Source of the DNA: an uncultured Shinella sp.
GTDB lineage: Bacteria; Pseudomonadota; Alphaproteobacteria; Rhizobiales; Rhizobiaceae
Length of the DNA stretch: 64,000 bases
Direction of reading: 5' to 3'
NCBI GenBank assembly: GCA_966243085.1
Contig: CBIMFD010000001.1
Location: 11,710-75,709, forward strand
Below the pieces are notes generated by a model. That model ran no database searches and was not told the origin of the DNA. It saw only the letters and a program-made list of their open reading frames with translations. This document shows, in pieces, positions 11,111 through 20,761 of the stretch (position 1 is its first letter; every line of letters starts with the position of its first letter). A program made the position numbers and the translations under genes.

Positions 11111-11980
11111 ATGGAACAGATAATCGCCAACGGTCTCTACCTTGGTGCGCAATATGCGTTGATCGCCCTCGGGCTCACGCTGATCTTTTCGCTGATGAAC
11201 GTGCTGAACTTCGCCCACGGGCAGATGTACGTCTTCGGAGGCTTCGTCACCTACACGGTCGTCGTCCAGCTCGGCCTGCCCTTCATCGTCGGCCTCCTAG
11301 CTTCCGCGGTGATCCTCGCGATCATGGGCGCGGTCATCGAAAAGTTCCTCTTCGCACCGGTCGTGCGCCGGTCCAAGCGCGATGAATCGACCATGCTGCT
11401 CGCCGCCGGCATCGCCTTCTTCCTCGATGCCGTCATCCTGCTCCTCTTCGGCGAGAAGCAGCGCGGCGTGCCGAAGATCGTGAGCGGCGTCTTCAACTGG
11501 GACATGCGCATCATCATGCCCTATGACCGCATCCTGATCGGCGTTCTGGCGATCCTGCTCATCGTGGTCTTCATCGCCTTCATGAACTATTCCCGAGCCG
11601 GCCGCGCCATGCGGGCGCTCGCGCAGGACCGGATGGCCGCTCAGCTCATGGGCGTCGACGTCTCGCGTTATTCCATGCTCGGCTTCGCGCTCGGCGCCAT
11701 GCTCGCCGGCCTCGTCGGCGGCCTTCTCGTCACCATTACGGGCATCAATCTCGGCATGGGCGGCCCGACCTCGATCAAGGCCTTCCTGATGATCATGATC
11801 GGCGGCGCAGGCGTCATCTCGGGGGCGATCGCCGGCGGCTTCATCCTCGGCATGATGGAGAGCGTCGGCCTTACCGTGCTCTCGGCCTACGGCGACATCA
11901 CCTATCTCGTCATCTTCGCCACGCTGATGGTGTTCCTGGCCGTCCGCCCGCAGGGGCTGATGGGCAAGCCATGGGGTTAA
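11111..11980 (+). CDS. Liv-type ABC permease (LivH-like)
   Basis: ALIALGLTLIFS..VLNFAHG and GRAMRALAQD. Confidence 0.92.
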   Translation: MEQIIANGLYLGAQYALIALGLTLIFSLMNVLNFAHGQMYVFGGFVTYTVVVQLGLPFIVGLLASAVILAIMGAVIEKFLFAPVVRRSKRDESTMLLAAGIAFFLDAVILLLFGEKQRGVPKIVSGVFNWDMRIIMPYDRILIGVLAILLIVVFIAFMNYSRAGRAMRALAQDRMAAQLMGVDVSRYSMLGFALGAMLAGLVGGLLVTITGINLGMGGPTSIKAFLMIMIGGAGVISGAIAGGFILGMMESVGLTVLSAYGDITYLVIFATLMVFLAVRPQGLMGKPWG

Positions 11981-11984
11981 GTCC

Positions 11985-12956
11985 ATGAAAGCGTCAAGAC
12001 TTCTCGGCTTTGCAGCCTTCCTTCTCGCCGTCTTCGTGCTCGTGCCGCTGTTCATCAGCGCGACCGGCCGCTGGGACTTCTTCTACACCCTCACCTCGGT
12101 CGCCCTCCTGTCGGTCGGCGCGGCCGGCGTGTGGCTCACCTTCTATATCGGCCGCATCAATATCGGCCAGGGTGCCTATGCCTTGGTCGGCGGCTATGTC
12201 TCGGCCATCCTCGTCACGCAGGCTGGCGTTTCCTTCTGGCTGACGCTGCCTCTGGCCGGGCTCTTCTGCGCCGCCGTTTCCATCGTGATCGGCCTGCCGA
12301 TCCTGCGCCTTCGCGGCGTCTACTTCGCGATGGTCACGCTGGTGCTGACGGAGGTGGCACGCCTGACCGCCCTTGCCCTGCCCATAACCAACGGCGCGAG
12401 GGGCATCACCTCGATCCCGCTGCCCGGTGAACTCTCCGTCTTCGGCCTGACGATCATCCCGGCTTTCGGCTCGCTTTCCAATCCGCGCGTCGGCTTCTAC
12501 ATGATGGCCGCAGTGCTGATGGTCGTGACCTATATCGTGCTCTGGCGCATCGTGAACTCGCGGCTTGGGCATCTGTGCCGCAGCCTCCAGCAGAACGAGG
12601 AGCTTTCGGCCTCGATCGGCGTCAACACCGCCTATCTACGGATGCTCGCCTACGCGATCTCCTCGTTCTTCGGCGGTATCGCGGGCGCCATGTTCGCCTC
12701 CATCGCGCAGTCGATCTATCCTTCCTCCTTCGTGGTCGCCGACAGCGTGAACTTCATGCTCTACTGCTTCCTCGGCGGGCTCGGCTATGTCTTCGGCCCG
12801 ATGCTCGGCACGTTCCTGCTCTATTTCGGCTGGGACCTGCTCTCCATCGCCAGGGAATATCAGCTTCTCATCTATTCCGGCGTCATGATCCTGCTCATGC
12901 TGGTCCTGCCGAACGGTGTCCTCAGCCTTCTCGACAAGAAGGAGGGCGGCAAATGA
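11985..12956 (+). CDS. Liv-type ABC permease (LivM-like)
   Basis: LRLRGVYFAMVTL, TNGARGI and GGLG..FGP. Confidence 0.92.
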   Translation: MKASRLLGFAAFLLAVFVLVPLFISATGRWDFFYTLTSVALLSVGAAGVWLTFYIGRINIGQGAYALVGGYVSAILVTQAGVSFWLTLPLAGLFCAAVSIVIGLPILRLRGVYFAMVTLVLTEVARLTALALPITNGARGITSIPLPGELSVFGLTIIPAFGSLSNPRVGFYMMAAVLMVVTYIVLWRIVNSRLGHLCRSLQQNEELSASIGVNTAYLRMLAYAISSFFGGIAGAMFASIAQSIYPSSFVVADSVNFMLYCFLGGLGYVFGPMLGTFLLYFGWDLLSIAREYQLLIYSGVMILLMLVLPNGVLSLLDKKEGGK

Positions 12957-13735
12957 CCCCCATCCTGCAAATCAAGAACATCACCAAACGCTACGGCGGC
13001 CTGACGGCGGTGAACGACGTATCCTTCGACGTGAAGCCCGGCGAGGTCCTCTCGGTGATCGGCCCGAACGGCGCGGGCAAGTCGACGCTCTTCAAGCTGA
13101 TCTCCTCCTTCGTGCCGGCGACGAGCGGGGAAGTGCTCTTCAACGGGGAGCGCATCTCCAGCCTCGCCCCGCACAAGGTCGCTCGCATGGGTGTCGTGCG
13201 CACCTTCCAGGAAACGACGATCTTCCGCTCCATGACGGTGCGCGAGAACATCATCGTCTCCCATCACCTGCGCTCGAAGGCGAGCCTCCTCGGCTTCTTC
13301 CTCGGCACGAAGCAGGCGAAGGAGGACGAGGCGGCCTTCGCGGCCTCGGCCGACGACATCGTCGACTTCCTCGGCCTGCAGGGAATACGCAACGAGCTCG
13401 CCTCCAACCTGCCGCAGGGCCATCTTCGCGCGCTCGGCATGGCCATCGGCCTTGCCACCGACCCAAAGGTCATCCTGCTGGACGAGCCCTTCGCCGGCAT
13501 GAACCACGACGAGACGATGAAGATGGTCGGCCTCGTGCGGCGCCTTCGCGACGAGCGCGGCGTCACCGTCCTCCTCGTCGAGCACGACATGCCGGCGGTG
13601 ATGAAGATCAGCGACCGGATCGTGTGCATCAATTTCGGCCAGAAGATCGCCGAGGGCACGCCGAAGGAAATCCGCGAGAACGAGAAGGTGATCGAAGCCT
13701 ATCTCGGCTCCGAAGACGCGGCGATCGGGATGTAA
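12953..13735 (+). CDS. Liv-type ABC ATP-binding protein (LivG-like)
   Basis: GPNGAGKS, LLDEPFAGMN and VIEAYLG. ATGA overlap at 12953. Confidence 0.92.
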   Translation: MTPILQIKNITKRYGGLTAVNDVSFDVKPGEVLSVIGPNGAGKSTLFKLISSFVPATSGEVLFNGERISSLAPHKVARMGVVRTFQETTIFRSMTVRENIIVSHHLRSKASLLGFFLGTKQAKEDEAAFAASADDIVDFLGLQGIRNELASNLPQGHLRALGMAIGLATDPKVILLDEPFAGMNHDETMKMVGLVRRLRDERGVTVLLVEHDMPAVMKISDRIVCINFGQKIAEGTPKEIRENEKVIEAYLGSEDAAIGM

Positions 13736-13738
13736 GCC

Positions 13739-14461
13739 ATGACCAAGATATTGAGCGTTGAGAATATCGAACTCTACTACGACCACATCTACGCGCTGAA
13801 AGGCGTCTCGATCGACGTCAACGAAGGCGAGACCGTCGCGCTGATCGGCGCGAACGGCGCCGGCAAATCCTCGATCCTGCGCGCGATCACCGGCCTTCGG
13901 CCGATCAAGTCCGGGCAGATCGTCTACCAGGGCCAGAGGCTCGACGGCACGTCGGCCTCCGATATCGTTCGCCGGGGCATCTCCATGGTGCCGGAGGGAC
14001 GCCGCGCCTTCCCGCTGATGTCGGTGAAGGACAACCTGCTGATGGGCGCCTTCACCCGCTCCGACAAGGCGGAGATCGAGGAGACGCTGGAAAACGTGCT
14101 GACGCGCTTTCCGCGTCTGCGCGAACGCTATCACCAGCAGGCCAGCACCATGTCCGGCGGCGAGCAGCAGATGATGGTGATCGGCCGCGCGCTGATGGCA
14201 AGACCCCGGCTCCTGCTTCTGGACGAACCGTCCCTCGGCATCGCGCCGAAGCTGGTGCAGGACATCGCGCGCGCCATCGTCGCCATCAGCCGCGACGAGA
14301 AGGTCTCCATCCTTCTCGTCGAGCAGAACAGCCGGATGGCGCTTTCGATCTCCAACCGCGCCTACGCGCTCTCCACCGGCTCGATCGCCCTGTCAGGCAA
14401 TTCCAGGGACCTGATGAACGACGACCGCATCAAGGCGGCCTATCTCGGAGGCGAACTCTGA
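13739..14461 (+). CDS. Liv-type ABC ATP-binding protein (LivF-like)
   Basis: GANGAGKS, MSGGEQQM and DEPSLGIAP. Confidence 0.92.
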   Translation: MTKILSVENIELYYDHIYALKGVSIDVNEGETVALIGANGAGKSSILRAITGLRPIKSGQIVYQGQRLDGTSASDIVRRGISMVPEGRRAFPLMSVKDNLLMGAFTRSDKAEIEETLENVLTRFPRLRERYHQQASTMSGGEQQMMVIGRALMARPRLLLLDEPSLGIAPKLVQDIARAIVAISRDEKVSILLVEQNSRMALSISNRAYALSTGSIALSGNSRDLMNDDRIKAAYLGGEL

Positions 14462-14462
14462 C

Positions 14463-15179
14463 ATGAACATCCTCGTCATCAACCCCAACACGACCGCTTC
14501 GATGACGGATCATATCGGGAGGGCGGCGCGCGCTGCCGCCTCTTCCGGCACGAAGATCACGGCCGTCAACCCGGCCCACGGCCCCGTCTCCATAGAGGGC
14601 TATCTCGACGAGGCGATGAGCCTTGCCGGCCTGCTCGACACGATCCGCCGCAATCCCGATTGCGACGCCGTCGTCATCGCCTGCTTCGATGACACCGGCC
14701 TCGATGCCGCCCGCTGCCTCACCGACAAGCCGGTCATCGGCATCGGGGAAGCCGCCTATCATTTCGCGTCGATGCTCTCGAACAAGTTCTCCGTCGTGAC
14801 CACGCTCGCCCGTTCCGTGCCGGCGCTGGAGCACAATCTCTCGCGTTACGGCCTCGACGCCCGTTGCGCGCGTGTCCGCTCGTCGGAAGTCGCGGTGCTG
14901 GAGCTGGAACAGCCAGGCTCGAATGCCCGCCAGAAGATCAGCGCCGAGATCGGCCTCGCCGTCACCGAGGATCGTGCGGAGGCGATCGTGCTCGGCTGCG
15001 CCGGCATGGCGAGCCTTGCCGCCGACCTTGCGGCCGAACACGGCCTTCCCGTCCTCGACGGGGTCTCCTGCGCCGTGAAGATGGCGGAAGCCATGGCCGG
15101 CCTCAACATGCGCACGTCCCGTCTCGGAGGCTACGCCCCGCCGCCGGCCGGCAAGCTGAAGCGCATGTTCAGCGCCTAG
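14463..15179 (+). CDS. Asp/Glu/hydantoin racemase family protein (allantoin racemase HpxA / hydantoin racemase-like)
   Basis: INPNTT, SIEG, and the catalytic Cys pair in IACFDD and LGCAGM. Confidence 0.88.
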   Translation: MNILVINPNTTASMTDHIGRAARAAASSGTKITAVNPAHGPVSIEGYLDEAMSLAGLLDTIRRNPDCDAVVIACFDDTGLDAARCLTDKPVIGIGEAAYHFASMLSNKFSVVTTLARSVPALEHNLSRYGLDARCARVRSSEVAVLELEQPGSNARQKISAEIGLAVTEDRAEAIVLGCAGMASLAADLAAEHGLPVLDGVSCAVKMAEAMAGLNMRTSRLGGYAPPPAGKLKRMFSA

Positions 15180-15256
15180 AAACCCGCAGCCGGCGGCGGC
15201 AGGCGGCCTCCCGAAGCGGGGCGAGGCAAGCGGCAGCCTTGCTCCGGAACAAAAAT

Positions 15257-15273
15257 ATGATAGTTCTAATCAT
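15257..15273. promoter_or_regulatory. RirA-type iron-responsive operator (IRO, TGA-N9-TCA)
   Basis: ATGATAGTTCTAATCAT, an exact TGA-N9-TCA, upstream of the AraC gene of a siderophore locus. Confidence 0.6.
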
Positions 15274-15312
15274 CTTACGGCGCTGGCGGACCTGCGGCCA
15301 TCCAGCCAGGCC

Positions 15313-16233
15313 GTGTCCAACAAGGAGCGATCCCGGGCGGTGAGCTATCTGCACTCGATGACCTGCTATACGGAAGGCATCAAGGTTCTTGCGCCGGTGA
15401 AATGGCGAAGCCTCGATGGCCTGGTCGGCGTCTTCTGGGATGCGGAGGGCCAGCCGGGCGCGAAGGGCTACTATCTCTCGCCCGATCCCCGCATCGTGAT
15501 CTTCTTCAACGACGTGTCGCCCTTCATCCGGATGACCAATCGCGAAGGCGGGATGGGGGACCATGCGCGCCCCATGACGCGGGCGATCTACGTGCCGGCC
15601 GGCGTGCCGCTGTGGACCGGCTTTACCGCCGCGCACCGCTTTTCGCACCTCGACCTGCACATGCACAAGGACCGGCTCTCGCGGTTTCTCACGCCTTCGG
15701 TCGGCGCATCGGCGGCGCTCGCGGCGCAGCGCCGGCCGGTCGAACTGCAGGATGCCGCTGCAATCGAGACTCTGGCGGGGCTGCTGGTCGACGAGGTCGC
15801 GACCCCGATGCGGCACCCGGTCTATGCGGAAAGCCTCGTTGCGGCCATCGTCACGGGCCTGCTCGACATTCCCGAGCAGGGCAGCGAGCAGTCCAACGGC
15901 CGGCTCACCCAGGCGCAGATGAACAGACTGACCGCGCGCATCAAGGCCTGCGGCGGCCGGCCCCTCAGCGTCGCCGACATGGCCGAGACCGTCGGCCTCT
16001 CCGAAAGCTGGTTCGCCAACGTCTTCAAGCAGACCACCGGCAAGACGCCGCTGCAATGGCAGCTCGGCAAGCGCATCGACCTTGCACAGGCGTTGCTCGT
16101 GGAAAACGAGCTGACCATCGCCGACATCGCAGCCCAGCTCGGCTTTTCCGACCAGGCGCATCTCACCAAGGCCTTCCGCCAGATCGTCGGCGGAACACCC
16201 GCCGCATGGCGGCGGATGCAGCAGGCCCGCTGA
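15313..16233 (+). CDS. AraC family transcriptional regulator (siderophore uptake); start uncertain
   Basis: C-terminal double HTH: LSESWFANVFKQTTG...LGFSDQAHLTKAFR. Confidence 0.9.
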   Translation: MSNKERSRAVSYLHSMTCYTEGIKVLAPVKWRSLDGLVGVFWDAEGQPGAKGYYLSPDPRIVIFFNDVSPFIRMTNREGGMGDHARPMTRAIYVPAGVPLWTGFTAAHRFSHLDLHMHKDRLSRFLTPSVGASAALAAQRRPVELQDAAAIETLAGLLVDEVATPMRHPVYAESLVAAIVTGLLDIPEQGSEQSNGRLTQAQMNRLTARIKACGGRPLSVADMAETVGLSESWFANVFKQTTGKTPLQWQLGKRIDLAQALLVENELTIADIAAQLGFSDQAHLTKAFRQIVGGTPAAWRRMQQAR

Positions 16234-16279
16234 ACGCCGGAATGTCCCACCCGGTGAAGGCCCCGGGCAGGACGAATGC

Positions 16280-18451
16280 TCACCAGGTCTGGCGCAGGGT
16301 GGCGTAGATCGCGCGGCCCGGATTGTAGTAGTACGCCCCGCCGTCGTCGTTGGCGATGTGCTTCTCGTCGAAAAGGTTGCTGACGTTGAGCTGGAACGTC
16401 GTGTTTTCCTGGATCTTGTAGGTGAAGGCGGCATCGAAGACGATCGCTGGGTCCGACTTGCGGGTATTGGCGTTGTCGAAATAGTACGAACCCGTATAGC
16501 GCGCGCCGAGGCCGAAGGTCATGTCGCCGCGGCGCCCGTCGCCTTCCAGCGTATAGGTGCCCCACACGGAGGCCAGATGCTCGGGGACCTGCGCAAAGCT
16601 GTTGCCGTTATACCCCTTGGTGTCGCCCGGCTCGTCGATCTTGGAGTCGATATAGGAGTAGGCGGCGATCAGATTGATATTGTTCGTCATCTCGACCTTG
16701 GCTTCAAGATCGAAGCCGCGGTGGCGGATTTTTTCGATCGTCTCCGGCAAGTAGACCGGAGCATCGTAGGTCGTAATGTTCTCCATCTCGAGTTCATAGA
16801 CGGAAGCGGTGATCAAGGCCGGGAAGGCATCCGGCTGGTACTTGATCCCGGCTTCATACTGTTTGCCAAACGTCGGTTCGTTGCCCGTGCTCGGCGGCGC
16901 GACAGATTCGGCATAGCTGACATAGGCGGCAAGCTCGTCCGTGATCTTGTAGCTCAGGCCGAAACGCTTGGTGAGTTCACTGTAATCTTCGCTTTTCGTG
17001 GTACCTGCAACCCGGTCGGTTTCTTCGAGATCGAGCCAATCGTTGCGCAGGCCCACGCTCGCAGTCAGCCTGTCGAAGAACGTCATATCCTGCTGGAGGT
17101 AGATCGCCCTGGTTTTCTGGTCGTTCTCCATGCTGCTGGAAAGCGGAAGAGAGGTCGGAGCACCCGAATAGCTCGGGTTCACCCAGTTAATGGGCGGGAC
17201 CAGTCCGGGCCAGTACGGCGGATACGGATAAGAGGTGTCATAGTAGGTGTCGCCATCCGACTTGAACGTATTGTATTCGAGACCGGCGAGTGTGCGGCTG
17301 TCCACCTGATCGAAACTCGTCTCATAGAGCAGATGCGCATCGACAATGAACTGTTCGGTAGACTTGTCGCTACCGAAGTAATCGCGATTCACCATCGTGT
17401 CCGTGGTGTCGTAAGCACCATCGGCATCATTGATATAGGCGTATCCGAATCCGGAGGCGGACTTGCTGTACCGCATGTTGGAATTGAAGGTCAGGCCATT
17501 GCCGAAATCGTGGTCGAGCATGACGCTGTAGGTGTTGCGGTTCGTCGTGTCGTAGTTGAAATCCGGCTCGCCGAAGAAGCGGTCCCTGCCGAAGTCCGTG
17601 CCGCGCGGATGGCCGCCGCCGCTGGGCGTGCCGTCCCTGTCCAGATGGTCGAAGGTGAAGGTCAGGCTGGTGGCGTCGGTCGGACGCCAGGTCAGCCCGC
17701 CCAGGATGAAGTTCTCGTCGTCGCGGGAATAGTCGTATTCGGCGTCCGAACGCTGGAACTTGCCGGTCAGACGGTAGGAAAGCGTATCGTCCTCGGTGAT
17801 GTTGTCGCCGAAATCGAAACCCATCTCCTTGTGCGCGAACGATCCGCCGGTGCCGTAGATTTCGCCGAAGCGCTCGCTCTTCGGCCTCTTGGTGACGTAG
17901 TTCACCGACCCGCCGGGATCGGAGACCCCGAAGCCGGTGGAATTGGCCCCTTTTAGTACCTCGAGACGTTCAAAGGCATAGGGTTCCTCGAGAATGCCGC
18001 TCCAGGTCCGACCGACGACGAGCCCGTCACGGTAGGTGAAGGGCGTGAAGCCGCGGATCTTGAAATAATCGTAGCGGTCGTCCGAACCGTAATAGTCGGT
18101 GACCACGCCCGCCGTATATTGCACCGCCTGTTCGACGCTGGTCACCCCGCGCTCCTGGATTTCCCGGGAGGTGATGACGGAGACCGTGGCGGGCGTCTCC
18201 AGGATATCCGCCGACATCTTGCCGACGCCGGTGGTCTTGCGCGCAACGATGGTTTTTGAATCGCTTTCGGTTCCCGCGGCCCCGCCGTCGACGGTAATCG
18301 CCTCCAGAACGGTGGCGGAATTCCCGTTCGCCTCCTGGGCACGCAGCGAGGCGGGCGCGAAGGCGACAAGCGCCGTGCATCCCAGAAGAAGCGCGTTTCT
18401 GTAGCCGATGAAGGACTGCCTGCCGGCGCTGCCTGTCTTTTCTATGTGCAT
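16280..18451 (-). CDS. TonB-dependent siderophore receptor
   Basis: TonB box LEAITV, ETPATVSVIT, RLEVLKG and NVSNLFD, ending in C-terminal W. Confidence 0.93.
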   Translation of the reverse strand: MHIEKTGSAGRQSFIGYRNALLLGCTALVAFAPASLRAQEANGNSATVLEAITVDGGAAGTESDSKTIVARKTTGVGKMSADILETPATVSVITSREIQERGVTSVEQAVQYTAGVVTDYYGSDDRYDYFKIRGFTPFTYRDGLVVGRTWSGILEEPYAFERLEVLKGANSTGFGVSDPGGSVNYVTKRPKSERFGEIYGTGGSFAHKEMGFDFGDNITEDDTLSYRLTGKFQRSDAEYDYSRDDENFILGGLTWRPTDATSLTFTFDHLDRDGTPSGGGHPRGTDFGRDRFFGEPDFNYDTTNRNTYSVMLDHDFGNGLTFNSNMRYSKSASGFGYAYINDADGAYDTTDTMVNRDYFGSDKSTEQFIVDAHLLYETSFDQVDSRTLAGLEYNTFKSDGDTYYDTSYPYPPYWPGLVPPINWVNPSYSGAPTSLPLSSSMENDQKTRAIYLQQDMTFFDRLTASVGLRNDWLDLEETDRVAGTTKSEDYSELTKRFGLSYKITDELAAYVSYAESVAPPSTGNEPTFGKQYEAGIKYQPDAFPALITASVYELEMENITTYDAPVYLPETIEKIRHRGFDLEAKVEMTNNINLIAAYSYIDSKIDEPGDTKGYNGNSFAQVPEHLASVWGTYTLEGDGRRGDMTFGLGARYTGSYYFDNANTRKSDPAIVFDAAFTYKIQENTTFQLNVSNLFDEKHIANDDGGAYYYNPGRAIYATLRQTW

Positions 18452-18606
18452 TGTTCCGTTCCGAAAGCCGGTGTTTCCATTGCCGTCCCGGCAGGCAAAG
18501 CCCCCATGCCGAAGTCCAGCCCGGACATACTACCCCTCCGAGCCGCCGGACCCTTCGGACCGGCCATCGGCAGCGATACGCGATGTCCCCTGAGACGCCA
18601 ATAACT

Positions 18607-18733
18607 TGAGATATTTACTCCGGTATTGTAGAATCCCGCGGTTTTGTAGAAACCCGCGGAAACTTCGCAGCTACCGCAAGGACGGGCCGGCATCCGCCTT
18701 GACGGCGCCGGCTGAACCTGAAACGGAAACTCC
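18607..18733. promoter_or_regulatory. Divergent promoter region: two degenerate IRO-like boxes and a 16-bp direct repeat
   Basis: TGA-N9-TCC at 18607-18621 and 18719-18733. TTGTAGAA(T/A)CCCGCGG at 18626-18641 and 18644-18659. Confidence 0.5.
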
Positions 18734-18761
18734 ACTTTAAACAGCCTGGAAGGTTTCGCCA

Positions 18762-19754
18762 ATGCCGCGGCTTTTCCGCTTTCCCCTGGCCCTCCTCGCC
18801 GCCTGCCTCTGGGTCGCGGCCGGTGCCTTTGCCGCCGATGGCACCGCCTATCCCATCGTCATCAAGCATGCCTTCGGCACGACGGTCATCCCGAAGAAGC
18901 CCGTGCGCGTGGCGACGGTCGCGTGGGCGAACCACGAGGTTCCTCTGGCGCTCGGCATCGTCCCCGTCGGCTTTGCCGCCGCCAATTTCGGCGACGACGA
19001 CGGCGACGGGCTGCTGCCCTGGGTCGCCGAGAAGCTGAAGGAGCTGGGCGGGGAAAAGCCGGTCCTCTTCGATGAGGGCGACGGCATCGATTTCGAGGCC
19101 GTCGCCGCCACGAAGCCGGATGTCATCCTCGCCGCCTATTCCGGTCTCAGCCAGTCGGATTACGAGACGTTGAGCCAGATCGCCCCCGTCGTCGCCTACC
19201 CGCGATCTGCCTGGTCGACCGACTGGCGCGAGATGATCCGCCTCAATAGCGCAGGCCTCGGCATGGCCGCCGAAGGCGAGACGCTGATCGCCCGCATCGA
19301 GAAGGAGATCGCCGACACGGTCGCGGGCTATCCCGTCCTCAAGGGCAAGTCGGCGATCTTCGTCACCCATCTCGACGTGACGAACCTCAGCACCGTCAAC
19401 TTCTACACGGCCAACGACACCCGGGTGAAATTCTTCGCGGACCTCGGCCTCACCTCGCCGGAAAGCGTGCTGGAGGCGACGAAGCCGGGGCAGTTCGCCG
19501 CCAGCGTCAGCGCCGAGAAGGTCGATGCCTTCGACGACGTCGACATCGTGGTCGCCTATGGCGGCACGCCGCTGCTCGATGCGGTGAAGGCCGATCTCCT
19601 CCTCTCGCGCATGCCGGCCGTCAGCAAGGATGCGCTCGTCATGCTCGGCCGCGACCCGACCGGCACCGCCGCCAACCCGACGCCGCTTTCCATCTCCTTT
19701 GTGCTGAAGGACTATGTCGCGCTCCTGGCCGAAGCCGCCCGGAAGGCGAAATGA
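18762..19754 (+). CDS. Iron-siderophore ABC transporter substrate-binding protein
   Basis: YPIVIKHAFGTTVIPKKPVRVAT and DFEAVAATKPDVIL. Confidence 0.92.
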   Translation: MPRLFRFPLALLAACLWVAAGAFAADGTAYPIVIKHAFGTTVIPKKPVRVATVAWANHEVPLALGIVPVGFAAANFGDDDGDGLLPWVAEKLKELGGEKPVLFDEGDGIDFEAVAATKPDVILAAYSGLSQSDYETLSQIAPVVAYPRSAWSTDWREMIRLNSAGLGMAAEGETLIARIEKEIADTVAGYPVLKGKSAIFVTHLDVTNLSTVNFYTANDTRVKFFADLGLTSPESVLEATKPGQFAASVSAEKVDAFDDVDIVVAYGGTPLLDAVKADLLLSRMPAVSKDALVMLGRDPTGTAANPTPLSISFVLKDYVALLAEAARKAK

Positions 19755-20761
19755 CGCCCTCCGCCACGGCACCGAACCTGCGCGGGCTCTGGCTGCTCCT
19801 GACTGCGGGCGCGCTCGTCGCGGTGGCCGGGCTGTCGGTGGCGATCGGCACGCGGGATGTCGGCCTCGACGACATCGTTTCCGCACTTGCCGGCCGGGTC
19901 GAGACGATTGGCGAGGCCGCGGTCGCCATGCGCATCCCGCGCACTCTGCTGGCGCTGCTCGCCGGCGCCGCCCTCGGCCTTTCCGGCGCGATCATGCAGG
20001 GCGTGACGCGCAATCCGCTTGCCGATCCCGGCATCCTCGGCGTCAACATGGGCGCTTCGCTCGCCGTCGTGGTCGGCATCGCCTGGTTCGACATGGCATC
20101 GGCCTATGCCTTTATCTTCACGGCGATCTTCGGCGCCGGCGCAGCGGCGGTCTTCGTCTACGTCATCGGATCGATGGGTCGCGGCGGGGCGACGCCGCTG
20201 AAGCTCGCCCTTGCCGGGGCGGCCACGTCCATCGCCTTCTCCTCGCTGGTCATCGCCGTCGTGCTGCCGCGCGCCGACATTGCCGGCGGCATCCGCGCTT
20301 GGCAGATCGGCGGCGTCGGCGGGGCGACCTTCGAGCGGATCGGCCCGGTCCTGCCGTTCCTCGCCGCCGGTTTCGTCATCGCGCTCCTCTCCGCCCGCAA
20401 GCTGAACGCACTTGCGCTTGGCGACGAGCTCGCCACCGGCCTCGGCGAGAATGTCGCCGTCACCCGCGCGCTCGCCGCCTTCGCCGCGATCCTTTTGTGC
20501 GGCGCGACGACGGCGGTGTGCGGACCCATCGGCTTTCTCGGCCTCGTCGTGCCGCATCTTTGCCGGCTGCTCACCGGTAACGATCATCGCTGGCTGCTGC
20601 CTTTCTCCGCCCTATGCGGGGCCGGCCTGCTGCTTGTCGCCGATATCGCCGGGCGCATCGTTGCAAGGCCGGCCGAACTCGACGTCGGCATCGTGACCGC
20701 CCTTGTCGGCGCGCCGGTCTTCATCTGGATCGTCCGGCGCCAGAGGGTGCGCGACCTATGA
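19751..20761 (+). CDS. FecCD family iron ABC permease
   Basis: RIPRT, TRNPLADPGILG and GPIGFLGLVVPH. Confidence 0.92.
   Translation: MTPSATAPNLRGLWLLLTAGALVAVAGLSVAIGTRDVGLDDIVSALAGRVETIGEAAVAMRIPRTLLALLAGAALGLSGAIMQGVTRNPLADPGILGVNMGASLAVVVGIAWFDMASAYAFIFTAIFGAGAAAVFVYVIGSMGRGGATPLKLALAGAATSIAFSSLVIAVVLPRADIAGGIRAWQIGGVGGATFERIGPVLPFLAAGFVIALLSARKLNALALGDELATGLGENVAVTRALAAFAAILLCGATTAVCGPIGFLGLVVPHLCRLLTGNDHRWLLPFSALCGAGLLLVADIAGRIVARPAELDVGIVTALVGAPVFIWIVRRQRVRDL

Noticed and set aside
18626-18659. Direct repeat as a CRISPR or iteron remnant
   Set aside because: Only two units with a 2-nt gap, and no cas or rep genes. A regulator-binding site is a better explanation.
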